A stretch of DNA of 64,000 nt, from positions 163,778-227,777 of the forward strand of contig NMRA01000334.1 in the NCBI GenBank assembly GCA_002633005.1, written 5' to 3'. Each line of letters starts with the position of its first letter. Within the stretch, counting starts at the first letter, position 1. Positions 12,463 to 25,044 of the stretch are shown one piece after another. The DNA is from Phoronis australis. Taxonomy: Eukaryota > Animalia > Phoronida. Position numbers and translations under genes: made by a program. Under the pieces are notes generated by a model that saw only the letters and a list, made by a program, of their open reading frames with translations, searched no databases and was not told where the DNA came from.

Positions 12463-12600
12463 CTAGAGACATTCCACAGAGAACGTGTGGCAGCTGTGAG
12501 TGAAGCCCTTGTCAAGTACGCGGAAGGTAAAGTCAAGTCAGCCAGAGACACTTATGGGATGTTGGAGAACTCACTGTCAGCCATCAGAGATCTGGAGTGA
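12463..12600 (+). CDS. SNX5/6-like gene, terminal coding exon
   Basis: aatattcccAG acceptor. Encodes LETFHRERVAAVSEALVKYAEGKVKSARDTYGMLENSLSAIRDLE-stop (cf. 'LIDFKTRRVAAFRKNLVELAELELKHAK'). A long AT-rich putative 3'UTR follows. Confidence 0.88.
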   Translation, partial: LETFHRERVAAVSEALVKYAEGKVKSARDTYGMLENSLSAIRDLE

Positions 12601-15184
12601 TGTTGGTTGTATAACAGTGACCTCATCTTCAACCCATTCCACAAATGTGTTATCGTTGTGGAGTAGGAGTCTTCGATGTTAATTAAAGCCACGTATTCCG
12701 ACTTAGTGACCAGTTCATGACAGATTTTTAAAGAATGGTAAAGTCTTCACTTAGTGCAGCTTCTAAAATTCGGGTCACGAAAATTGAATTTTCTTGATTC
12801 TGCAGATTGGGACATAGGCGATCATCATATTTCTTAAATATTGAAGTCTGAAAATAGACTTAGTAGTTCATAAAATTGTAGAATGGAGCCTTTTGTGGCA
12901 ACATTTTCATGAATCCCCACTGTGTGGTACTGAGGTGAATGACATAATTCTTGACTTTGGCAGGACCAGTATCGCATTTTCCTAAAACTTCATACAAGCT
13001 CTGACCTTGAGACAAATGATTTACTTTCTTCACTGTCCCAAACAGGAAATTTTTTACGGTCAATGCTATAACTTCTGTGGGTTAGCTGCTGATATGCACA
13101 CGTTTGTAACTTGAATATCGTGAGAAAGTGGTGGGTGGATTTTTAGTTCATAACAAATGAAAACTCTTCACAGCAATATTTTGTTCCCATACCGTCTTCA
13201 TTCGACTAAAAATGTGAATTGAAATGTGAATTAAAAAATGCTCACAGTGAACTTATAAGTCAAACGGCGCCAGTTATGACAAAATGACAAAGAATTAAAA
13301 CTCTCTTTTTGCCAGCAAGTCATGAAGAGTTGAAGAAAAACTCGTTTGTCCTTCTAAGTTTTGCTTTCAACTGACGAGAAACATTTGGCAAGAAAATCTC
13401 TTGGTTTGCACTTGTAGAAAATTAACATTTTGTCGCAATTTTCTTGTAAAAACAATTCATCACTAAGCTTATGTACTCCTAATTTATTGAACTACTTCCT
13501 ATAAAGTCCTCGATAAATTCTCACCAATTTTGGACAAAGGCAATTGCCAAAAGTGACTTTTTTATAGCCTTCTTGTCGTGAATACCCACAATTCCTCTTT
13601 GTATTGTCTGGTGGCAGTTACATTATAGAACTTAAAATTGATAAAATATTTATTGATTGATGTTGATCATTTATGAAGAAATTCACTTGTCATCTTGTGT
13701 CTTAAATTAGTGAGATTTTATTAGATCTGCATACAAAATTGTTCAGCTGTATTGAACTGGTTTTTAACGTGGTCAGTGTTTCTTCTGTCGAAATTTGAAT
13801 TGTAAATTTTAATGACTATTTCAGCTTATACTCATTAAGTGCACTTCATGCCAAATTAATCTGACAAAGTTCCGTTTTCTCTTCATGACAAGCCATGATT
13901 CTAGCTATGCTAGTGTTGAATGCCATGTGCACTCCACCGTCATGAGATGGAATTCTGGGTCATTTTGTAAGATTAGTTCGGGCATACACCATAGTTTCCC
14001 CATGTGTTCTATTTAATTAAGTACATTATGTTTCCAACTTAAGGAAACATATGAATAAGTTTAGCCACTTGAATCAAGAAAATTGTTCTGAAAAATATTT
14101 AAGAATTATATTACTCTCAAAGACAAGATTCTCGAGATATAAAATCACAATATACTCGTTAGTGGAATTAGTGCTTCCGTACTTTTGCTTCGTTTTCCTT
14201 GACAGTGTGAAATTGCCAGAAAATGTGTTCATTATTATTTAAAGAATTTTAATATTGGATTTCTTTAATTTGTTCCAATGTTGATTATGAATTATGATTT
14301 GTGTTCTTGTGAGCTTTTGGTTACGATCATTTTCCTGTTATTTATTTGTTTTCATCACTGATGCTCAAAACTCCAAAGTAGAGTGAATAGTGGAACTAGA
14401 TGTAAGGCTGCTCAAAAAGTACAATATGGCCACCGCGCCACCATCGTGGATACAATCTAGGTCAAATACCTTACTAAGCCAAAGTCTGGTCAGCTCACAG
14501 TCTGCATTGCGCTTGCCATGTTTTGTCCCCCGGTTGAACCACCAGTGACGTGACCATGTGACTATTTCAAATGACTTCAGGCATTTTCTGCACGCAAAAG
14601 TTAGAAATCAAGGTTTGAATATGCAACAGACTTACGAGCAATACTTATAACGTTGCTTCGTACACCGGTTTTCCCTGACACGGGTCTACGCTGTCTCTGA
14701 CGGCAATAGTCTGATATAACGTGCCTGCATTTTGAGAACCAGTTTGATGCCCGTTATTTAGTGGGGAAAATTGGTTCTCAAAATTCGGGCACGTTATATC
14801 AGACCATAACCGTCTCTGAAAACACTTGATCTGCAAGAGTGTAGAAAACCTCGAATTCTGTTGAAGATCAGATGCCTTTTGTGACTTTTCAGCAACAGTG
14901 CACAAAGCGTCTACTGTACATACTACATAGAGATTTCAACCTTGTGGCCAAAAAATAAAGTGCAATATACATTTATGTCGATATTGCCGAGATTACTATT
15001 TTTAATTGTATAATTTTATTGAAACAAATTATTTTGTTTGTGCTGATTTTACTGTGTTCGAATAAAGGAAAAAATTTAGAAACAATATCATGTTGAAAAT
15101 AAATATTTTATTCACTTCATATGTTATCTTTAATAATTTCCACAATTCAATGTCACAAATGTCTAATATCTTACATGAAGTTCG

Positions 15185-15360
15185 GTGCTCTCACCACTGA
15201 GCTACTGAGGATCCGATATCAGTGCAATTACTGTTTACAGCTAAGTCATACATCCCACGAGCAGCGTTTCGCACAGATATCGGGTCCTCAGTAGCTCAGT
15301 GGTGAGAGCACTAGACCGGCAATCTAGAGACTTGTGGTTCGATTCCCAGTTGGGGTTCCT
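15185..15360 (+). repeat. tRNA-derived SINE-like head (15282-15359) preceded by an inverted partial copy; probably not a functional tRNA
   Basis: Box A TAGCTCAGTGG, box B GGTTCGATTCC, anticodon arm CTAGA-CCGGCAA-TCTAG. Position 33 is C rather than U, and the acceptor and T stems pair poorly. About 40-bp inverted arms at 15185-15224 and 15271-15311. Confidence 0.7.
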
Positions 15361-16127
15361 GAGAAGATGAAAACAGTTGTAGCTTTCTTTAAAGTAAGCT
15401 CTTTTGGTAGTGTGGTGAGTTTGCACAAGAAAACAAAATTATTATTGAGTGTTTCACTAGTGAGCTAGAGACCTTACATTGTAGCAGTGCGTAGACTACC
15501 AAAATGACCGCGATTGACATGATTGGGCGGTGAGACGGGAATGTTGACCAATGGGAGTGAACTCATTATTTTCGTTACGTAAGTTACAATTTCTTGAAGT
15601 TTCTTGCGAGTACCCATTTTACTAATTACAGTAACGAGTTTAGCTCGTCTGCAGTAAGTCTGAATTCCTGGGGATAAGTCTTTCTTAAGCAACTGTTTCA
15701 TGATGTGGACACTCTGGCCTTTGACTAAAAAAATCGGACAGCTTTTCCAATTTGAGGCTCCGTTATGTATAGGTTTATTGTTACTGAGTACTGGGAAGGG
15801 TATGACAAACGATGAGATCAGATGAAAACATGACCGTTCCATTTCTCTAGTGAACATCACACGACACAGCACTTAGATACTAGGCAAAGCTTTGCGTTCA
15901 GCCCACGTGGCTTAGCCTCATTTACTAATATTTTGCATGCATCTGAGGGGACATCGCTTCATTTATGAGAATTTTCAATTTTTAGTGAGACCACAGAATC
16001 TATTTTATAGTCTTGGAATATTGATTTCTATCTAATGTTATTTTCTGTCCGTCTAATTGTTGCAACACTACTTTGTAACCTGAAAAATCCAGCACTACAT
16101 TTAAGGTCAGTCCAACAGATGTTGCTG

Positions 16128-16295
16128 TCATAACGTTGACTCTGTCTCTGTGGCTGTGTTGGTTTCCACAGACTTGAATGTTCCGTGTGCTTCTGTTAAT
16201 CTGTGCTTGTCTGGTATAAATACTGATAGGTGGCGCCAGCGCTTGGGTGGCCATACAATGTAAGATGCCTTGGCATTGATTAAGCCAAGTGACAC
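16128..16295 (-). CDS. IMMP2L: IMMP2L coding exon 5 (terminal)
   Basis: gtttttttcAG acceptor. Encodes VSLGLINAKASYIVWPPKRWRHL...TESTL-stop, matching the IMP2 C-terminus '[20 protein letters not shown]'. Confidence 0.95.
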   Translation of the reverse strand: MSLGLINAKASYIVWPPKRWRHLSVFIPDKHRLTEAHGTFKSVETNTATETESTL

Positions 16296-16610
16296 CTGAA
16301 AAAAACAAAACAAGACATTTTTTCAATTGGAAAAATTGCCAAAATTTATTGCTAGTGCTGTTTACAAAACATAAAAGTAGTACAAATGAGAAAACAAATT
16401 TCAAAATTTAAAAAAAAATCTTGTAATCTAAAAACGAATCCTGAGCCCTATAAGTGTTTCTTCTTTCTTGCTCTCCATAAAAGTACACTTAACATTAATG
16501 CCAAGTAACGAACTTGATGAAAAACAAAGCAGAGAACTGTCACCTCAAAATCTAGCATTCCAAGTGGACAAAACATCACTAAGGAAGTCGTTGCCATGGC
16601 AATGACTTAC

Positions 16611-16713
16611 GGGTCCAAACATATTGCTATCCATACTCTGTCCATGGTTGTCACCCTCAACCCAGCAGTGACCAACGGGGACTTTGACGAATCTTCTCTT
16701 GTAGCTCAACGTC
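16611..16713 (-). CDS. IMMP2L: IMMP2L coding exon 4 (103 nt)
   Basis: ttttttggtAG / GTaagt. Encodes (R)[34 protein letters not shown], the peptidase S26 box 'VPxGHxWVEGDxxxxSxDSNxFGP'. Confidence 0.97.
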
Positions 16714-16739
16714 CTACCAAAAAAGCAGTTTCAGCAAGG

Positions 16740-17070
16740 TTCACGGACTTGTGACCACAGTTCATGGACTTGTGAACACAATTCACGGACCTGTACTGAG
16801 ATCGATGGTTCACAAAGTCATGCCCGCACTCATAAAACACCGCTGCACTTATGCACCCAAAAAGTACGACTCACAGACTTGCAGCCAGAAACAAACTCGT
16901 GGACGAGCAGCAAAGTGTCAGTGTTTCCATATGCCAGCGCCATGGTTTTGGTCTGCGACTTGTGTTGGTTGTTGAGCTGTAGCCTACTGTTTGGGTGCAT
17001 AAGCCGTGTTTTTTTGGTGCGAGTACGAACGTGCCAGTCTTGCAGTGGACCAGGTTTGCGGGTCCATAAA
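16740..17070. repeat. Degenerate palindromic MITE-like element with 21-bp subterminal repeats in an IMMP2L intron
   Basis: ttcacggacttgtga-type unit x3 at 16741-16795. Inverted arms cttatgcacccaaaaagta / tactgtttgggtgcataag. Confidence 0.45.
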
Positions 17071-19022
17071 ATTGAGGTGAGAAGCTACATACATATAACT
17101 AGTGCATGAGCCGTGGCAAATTGTTAAGCAAAATATAAAATTATCACACATGAGTACTAATATGGTAACTCTTTACTTCTTTAGTACACAATATGGCCGA
17201 CTTACCTAGTGAAATCATATTTCGTTAAATATTAAGAACATCCTCTTAAGTCTATAACAAGCGTGGTTTGCAATGTGTAAAGGTGATAAAACAACATTTG
17301 CTGAAGTTTACATTACTTGCAAAAAAGTGATCAGCCATTGAAAAATGAAAAAAATGCCATTTTGTCAAATTCCTTGTGTGAAATAAGTGGAGGCCGTTAG
17401 GTCACCCAAACTTGAAACCCTCAAAGTCACGTAAATCCAATAAATGCCAGTGTACTTTTCCGTTAAACAAATCAATCAACTCCATTCCATCCAATATTAT
17501 CATGCACGATTTGGAGCACTAACTTACTGCATTAAAAATCAAATCAAAAGGTTCTACCCAAAATCTCAAACCAAATGGCGTGAATCTTTGCACTGGAGAA
17601 TCAGTCATGTGTGTGCAAACTAATTAAACCAAAAATAAGACTATGTAGTGTGATTTTGGGGAATATCTAGGTAGCAATCGCCAACTAAGGCAACCGAATT
17701 CCATTTAGCCCTTTTCTGGTCTGGAAATATTCGCAGACACCCAGAGCCAGCAAAGTTTATAAACAGTGGATGTTACACATACCTGTGTGAGTTTACAAAG
17801 TCTTTGTGAGGCCAACAATCATAAGACCCCTATCCTGCCCATCTATTGCATAACAGGCAGTGTAAACACCTAGTGGCTTTGGACTATTCAACTACCTGCA
17901 TATTTACAACAGGTGGGTTTATTAGATTTATATATATATACATGACAGCCTATTAACGATTAATGGTTTACCATATACATTTTGCTTGGCATCAATTCTA
18001 ATAACGTCATTACCAAGAATTATTTAACAGCCTTGAAAAATTTAATGTGAGTTGGTTGTGTTTTTCTGTGCTGTACAAGAAGCGAGAACTCCAGTAAAAT
18101 CTCACCAATTTCAGAAAAATAAATGTCAAAATTGCTCCTTTATCACACTTCAGGGTTTTGTTTGTTTGCAAGAGTCCAGAAGTTTTCAAAATTTTGTATG
18201 ATAGGGGGTATGATATGAAACTTGGACGTTATAAAGTGTCAATTTTGTGCTGTATATTGTATACGAAAAAATGAACAATTAAAACTTAGCTGTTGGCCAT
18301 ACTATGTAGTAAATTGGTAAGATATTATAGTAATTCAAATCAAATCACCAACTCCAAACTAAAATAAAATATTAAATTAATGACAATGAATCTTTTTTCA
18401 AGTTCAAGGGGTTTGATAAGATATTCTACAGTTTCATGCAAATTGACGAGCCCACTGAAGACAAATCAATGTTAAGAGCTATTAAAAGCATCCTAAGTCA
18501 AAAAAGATGTGAAAATGGTCTATAAAGATAGTCACGTAATTGAAATCAACTGAAGTCCTCCCAGACAACTGGTGTATTTGACGAAATTCTGTGAGAAAAC
18601 AAAATTTGCAGAAATTAGAAGTAGCGCTGAAACAAAGCCACTAACTCTGCAATAGCAGTAAAATGCTCTGCCACTTATCCAAATCTCACACATTAAAATA
18701 GCATCGGATTTTAAGCGGATTGAACTGGTTAAGACATCGGCCTTGATTTCATGCAATGTATGGCAGACAACGGTGAGAATTGGCCATTTGTAACAAAATC
18801 ACAAGAACACAACAAATTCTCTATCAATGGTCAAAGCTAATAACTTCAAGTCTATACTCCCATCCAACGATAATTTTCAATATGCGTCTTTTTGGCCATA
18901 AAAACAATAATATCCTTTTAAAGAAGTGATATGAGTAGCAGTTATATAAGTTTACAAATCTATGCGAATATTGTGTTTTTAAAAAAATTAATGAAAGTCG
19001 ACAATGACGTTGACTAATTTAC

Positions 19023-19088
19023 CTAATTATATCGCCTTCCAAACCAATGATTCTTTTGATGATTTTCTGATCGGCTTTGAATGGTGAC
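19023..19088 (-). CDS. IMMP2L: IMMP2L coding exon 3 (66 nt; catalytic Lys)
   Basis: cttgtttcAG / GTaaat. Encodes (S)SPFKADQKIIKRIIGLEGDII(R). Confidence 0.96.
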   Translation of the reverse strand, partial: VTIQSRSENHQKNHWFGRRYN

Positions 19089-22000
19089 CTGAAACAAGAA
19101 GGTAAAAATAAATAAACGAAACACATTGAAGTCGCATTCAGTGCAAACATGCACTCATTGAAAAATCTTCAGTTTTGAAAACAACTGCGAATAAGTCATT
19201 CTTTCCTTCATCGTATTTCTCTACAAAAATAACAATTACAAAAAAGTAGTATTTCCTGGTGCTGGTAGTAAGTTTTTGAAAATAAGGATTTTTACGCTTA
19301 TTAAGAAAAACATAAATGTACAATGATTGGAGAAAGCGCTAGAAAGAATTATGTTTGGGCGCAAATAAGAATTATACCAAGTTTAGCAACTCTTTGTTGT
19401 CACAAACTGAACAATTTGTTACTGGAATTTGTTGCTCTATGAAAAAACTTTTGACTCATGAAATCATATTTCGCCATCTCCCACTATCTAAGGCCTGACA
19501 GAGTACAATCGAACTAGTTTAGTATACAATACATCGTACAAGTGAAATATCATCATTTATTTCACAAAAGATGTGTACCACCAAAAGAACATTTTTCCAT
19601 GTTCAATGGCTACCACCACACAATTCTTTGAAAACTTATCGGCATGAGGAACAATGTTTGAGGCCTTTGACAATGAAAAAAATCAATTTGTCCGAAATTG
19701 GCGAGGTTTTAGTGTTATGTTAATTTTGTAATGGCTTTCCATCAATTGTGAATTAAAATGAATCAGCTGCAGAGTATTTCACTTTCTGTATTTTTATGGT
19801 AAAAATCAAGTGGACACAAAAGAATTGCCGTGGCCAAATAATATTGACGATGCCCTGAGTCGTCGCAACACCATTCTTTAATTAGTCTCGCTCAATGCAA
19901 CACATTTGAAATGAAATAGGTTAGCTTAAGGCATGCTTATACCTAATGCGAAACACTTAGCAGCGATTAGACCAGTAGGGAGTTATTAGACAACCATAAT
20001 AAAGGATCAATTAACAAATTAAGCATCACACACTACTGGGAACCAAAGCTAATAGTTGCAAAAGATTAAAACTTGTTTTGTCATTACCATGGAAACCTTT
20101 CAATAAAGCGGAATAATGTGGTAAAAAATCTTCAACTCGGGACAAAAGTAATAGCCATAATTGCCCTATTTTTACTTTTCAGAGGCTTACGACATTGTTG
20201 CAAATGGTAAAAATTTTAACAAAATGTTTTTTAGCAGCTTTGCCATACAAACCATGCTAAAAGCAAAAGGTAAACTTTTGTAAAAAGGATATTTCACTTA
20301 CCCGCCATATTGTTACCTAATTTGAAGAAGTTTTCACATTATGGACGACAAGTGAAATTCTTTTTGTCAAATTTCTCCATAAAAGAAAAGACTTTAGTGT
20401 ATTACAAGCATGTTTTGTAGAATGCAGGTGTTTTGAAGTAACATTTGCTAAAATTTCCATAATTTGCAACTTTGGTAATGATTTTTGTGCAAAATAAGTG
20501 GAGAATGGCCATAATATACAAAGTTAAAAATAGATTGAATTAAACCCATAAATATTATCTAAAGAATGGAAGACATTTAAAAGCTCATTGGAATTAAAAA
20601 ATGAAGGTCCCATATGTTTCAAAAATAGCACATCAGCTTGTCTGGTAATCAAAAACTAATCCAACCACCAAAACTAAAAAGACTTTAAAAGCTGGGTGAT
20701 ATTAAAATGGCAAAGTTTCCGTGGTTACATGCTACACTGCAAATAAAGCAATGAGACCTGAGTTTTAAAACACGATCCATCGATGACAAAATAATCATTA
20801 TAAGATAGTGGAATCCAAGCGATTGTAATTTGCCATAAAAATATCTGGCATCAGACAAAACGACAATATGCAAATTTACATAACCGTGCAAATTGAGCGG
20901 AAGGCCGTGTAAAAATCAATTCCAACAAAAAAGTGGCTAAATGCTATCACATGTTATGTACTTTACTATAGTGTCACAGCTATCAAGACACTCAGCTACA
21001 CACAAGGCAGATAGCTAACTAGGCTTTACGGAGAATTGACGCGATAAGCCATGGAAATCATAATGCATCACGGTAAGCAGACTTGAGAGTTCAGCTGTAA
21101 TCCAATTCTACCCTGAGATCAGAAACGACGTTGTGATTGGTGGGAGTGACTTGGCTATTACCAAGCGACTGAAACCACTTACGGAATTAAGACACAGTGT
21201 GCCATGAGACCAGGTAGGTGTGATAGTGTTTTTCGAGTTGTAAGAAATTGTTTGATTTCATTTAAAGTTAGGCATTAGAACACCTCTTAACTTCGTGTTA
21301 GACAAATTAAGAAATAGCTTTACTGACACATTACGTAAGAACAGCAATGATGGCAATCACGTTAACTTTTAACGAAAATTTTTAAATTTCAGACTCGTAT
21401 AATTCATCGCATATCTTGAGACATGATTTGAATTAAAGGTGAAGCCATAAAATATCTTTTAACATAAATTCGGAAAGCAGACGCAGAGCCACATTACATA
21501 AGAATCTGAATGGTGATGTCAATGGTATTTTTACGTGAATTTTCAAACTAAAGGTTCATGTAATAATATCTTGAGACACAGCTCTCCAAGTTTGTACAAG
21601 CAGTTAATATGTTAATCTATTATTTTTTCTTTAACGCAAGTAAGAATTCTCTACTTTATATTGGGCAAACTGCAATAAAAAGACTTAAAAAAAGAAAGTT
21701 ATTAATTGCATGTAGAAACTGCATTGTAATTCAGCGAATTACAACAAAGGCAGTTAGCCAGAAACCTTCTTTTCGTATGGCCACCAACTATGTAAGCAAG
21801 GGATTAACCACGAGGGTCACATGAAGGTCAATGCCACTAAGTTAAATACAGACTCTCAGAGAGTTAAAAACCATCGGGTTCCAGTGATACTTCTATCTCA
21901 TTTATTCATTCACAATGAACAACGTAAGAAAGACATAAATGTAAACAAATGAACTACCAATGCAATGTGCAAAAGACAATGTCAATATCCCTGCATGTGT

Positions 22001-23376
22001 AAGGGTACCAGGCAGCCGTAGAATCAGCCACAGCCTCTGCAACAGACCTGGTCATCGAAAGGCACTGACGGCGGTAGAAAACAATGAAGCAGACAAGTTG
22101 CTAGGGAACCACGCAATTTTACTGAAAATTGTGTTAATATCTTCTTGGCAGTTTGATTAATTGCAACTTCCATTGATTTTAATTAGACGCGTTGTTTACT
22201 CAGAGCCAATTGATAACAAAGGTGATTGAGAGATGGCTGTAGCAGAGAGATGGTAGAGACAGACTGATAGAGAGAGACAAAATGGTTTTGTGTGTCATTA
22301 GCGTTTGCATTTACAAACACAAAAACAGGAGTAATGTCGGCAGCTGCCATTAATACCAAAGGAAATTGCGCATTACAAACTATAGTTGGCAATGGCCCAA
22401 AATTGCTCTGTTACAAAATTGCATACGTTTCAATGTTTGTGTTTTTTATTTGATCAAAGTGGGCAATTTTGTCAAGAAATCTGTTAAGCTCCAATTCTAA
22501 AACCTACTGCTGAATACATTTACATATTCTGCTAACAACAACATATTTGTGGCTACTGCCAAAGTTTTCTGCCACAAACTTGGCACTCGAACATAAGCCC
22601 AGTCATAGTGACAATAGGAAAACTTTCCTAAAATAAGCCCGCATGTATTATTGGGATTTGTATTTTGGTTCTGAAAAAGCCCTCTACTGAATGCATACAA
22701 TACGTTAATGTTTGTGGAAAACTCAGTGATCTGTTTCATGATTGAAGCAATTTGGTCTTATGCTCCACACATCGATTTCTGAAAAAATATTAAATCTCTC
22801 TTGAGCCGAAGTGTAAAATGTCTGAGAATATACACATAACTGCAACTTGATCTGCTGAAAATAAATTGGTTTAAAAAATTTTGTTCATCAACTATGACCA
22901 ACAGCGAGCTTGGACAGTAATACCAATATTCTATCTTAAGTCTTATCACACACCCCCGTCCGTCCGGTAATACCCAGCATATTTACAACAGACTGAGAAA
23001 AATTTTCATTAAATGTAATTGAATTTATATCATTAAACCACAGAACAAAGGACTACATCAATTATCAAACAGAATGAAAGATGGACTGTATCTGATGAAA
23101 TTCAGTGGCAGATGCAGCCCCCCTCTTGAATCCTTTATGTTGCCATGGTAACAAATTGGATGTAAAATAGCCGAGAGTTAAGAGCTTGATGACAAAACCA
23201 GGGATTACTTTATTCTGTTGCTATGAGTCTCAACATAGCATTTGTCATAACAATGTTAGATCTCTACCATAAATCAAGAGAATAAGTCGATTCATTTGTT
23301 GTTTTTCAAGTGTTCATAGGAAAAGTGAAGAGGAGCGATATGTGATTAAAAATTTGGGTTGCATTTTGATGACTAA

Positions 23377-25044
23377 GAATTTGACAGAATGCATTTAAAG
23401 CCTGGGGGTTCTCTCCCAGATAGGGGCATGTCCCTACGCATTCAGAAATGATGCAATACCTTAGTCACCAAGAAAATGGGTCTGGTAAGATGTTTCAGGA
23501 TACAATATGGTGGACAAGTAGAATTTAATATGATTCTCATTTTTTTATTTTTTTCCATAAAAGATATGCGAATTAATGCTTTAGCATGATAATGTCCTGT
23601 ACCATAGCAACCATCAGAAAATAATTTGACAATCAAAATAATGTTAGAAGACCGTGAAAAATGATTTTGAATGGAATTTCCATATTTCAGAAGCTTACAT
23701 TCTATTTCTTAATATCTAACAAAGGTTTCACGGTCCTGGTTGAGAAGATGATTGTTTTAATACTACCCCGTGTGGAATCTGAATAACTTGAAGCTGGCGG
23801 ACTGCTTCAATATACATGTATTTTTCTATTATGGTCGACTATGGTTTAACTACACATCGAGAACTGGCAGCAGCCAGAATTTTGATGGAATCTACCCTAT
23901 TGTATCTTAAATTGACGAAATTTTGCCGATTCTTAAGTTATTTCATTACATTAACTCCACATTACAGACTAATATCTATATGCAACACAGCATTACTTTG
24001 GTTTCGCCAGAATTCCATTGGGGATTAAATGGTTTCTTAATTTGCTTACCACTGATCAATATTTTGGTTTGCCTGCAATCAAGGGAACTCGAGTCCAACC
24101 GACATCAGTAGAAAACAGAAGCACACATTGCTCAACTATTTCCACATTTTGCCAAATTACCCAATCATATCATTAGGTCCACATTTCTTAGCTTTAGTTT
24201 AATTNGAATTTGACAGAATGCATTTAAAGCCTGGGGGTTCTCTCCCAGATAGGGGCATGTCCCTGCGCATTCAGAAATGATGCAATACCTTAGTCACCAA
24301 GAAAATGGGTCTGGTAAGATGTTTCAGGATACAATATGGTGGACAAGTAGAATTTAATATGATTCTCATTTTTTAATTTTTTTCCATAAAAGATATGCGA
24401 ATTAATGCTTTAGCATGATAATGTCCTGTACCATAGCAACCATCAGAAAATAATTTGACAACATGTGGGCAATCAAAATAATGTTAGAAGACCGTGAAAA
24501 ATGATTTTGAATGGAATTTCCATATTTCAGAAGCTTACATTCTATTTCTTAATATCTAACAAAGGTTTCACGGTCCTGGTTGAGAAGATGATTGTTTTAA
24601 TACTACCCCATGTGGAATCTGAATAACTTGAAGCTGGCGGACTGCTTCAATATACATGTATTTTTCTATTATGGTCGACTATGGTTTAACTACACATCGA
24701 GAACTGGCAGCAGCCAGAATTTTGACGGAATCTACCCTATTGTATCTTAAATTGACGAAATTTTGCCGATTCTTAAGTTATTTCATTACATTAACTCCAT
24801 ATTACAGACTAATATCTATATGCAACACAGCATTACTTTGGTTTCGCCAGAATTCCATTGGGGATTAAATGGTTTCTTAATTTGCTTACCACTGATCAAT
24901 ATTTTGGTTTGCCTGCAATCAAGGGAACTCGAGTCCAACCGACATCAGTAGAAAACAGAAGCACACATTGCTCAACTATTTCCACATTTTGCCAAATTAC
25001 CCAATCATATCATTAGGTCCACATTTCTTAGCTTTAGTTTAATT
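23377..25044. repeat. Near-identical ~830-bp direct duplication split by a single N (24205); probable haplotype/assembly artefact
   Basis: 23377-24204 and 24206-25044 differ by a few SNPs and small indels (one about 11 bp). The junction is exactly at the N. Confidence 0.85.

Noticed and set aside
15282-15359. Functional tRNA-Ala(GGC)
   Set aside because: C at position 33, poor acceptor and T stems, a GGC anticodon atypical for eukaryotes, and an adjacent inverted half copy indicate a SINE-like repeat.
23377-25044. 830-bp tandem duplication inside the LRRN-bearing intron, giving twin 70-aa and 62-aa ORFs
   Set aside because: The junction coincides with a single N and the copies differ at allele-like levels. 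Most likely two haplotypes joined at a contig overlap; the ORFs have no recognisable features.
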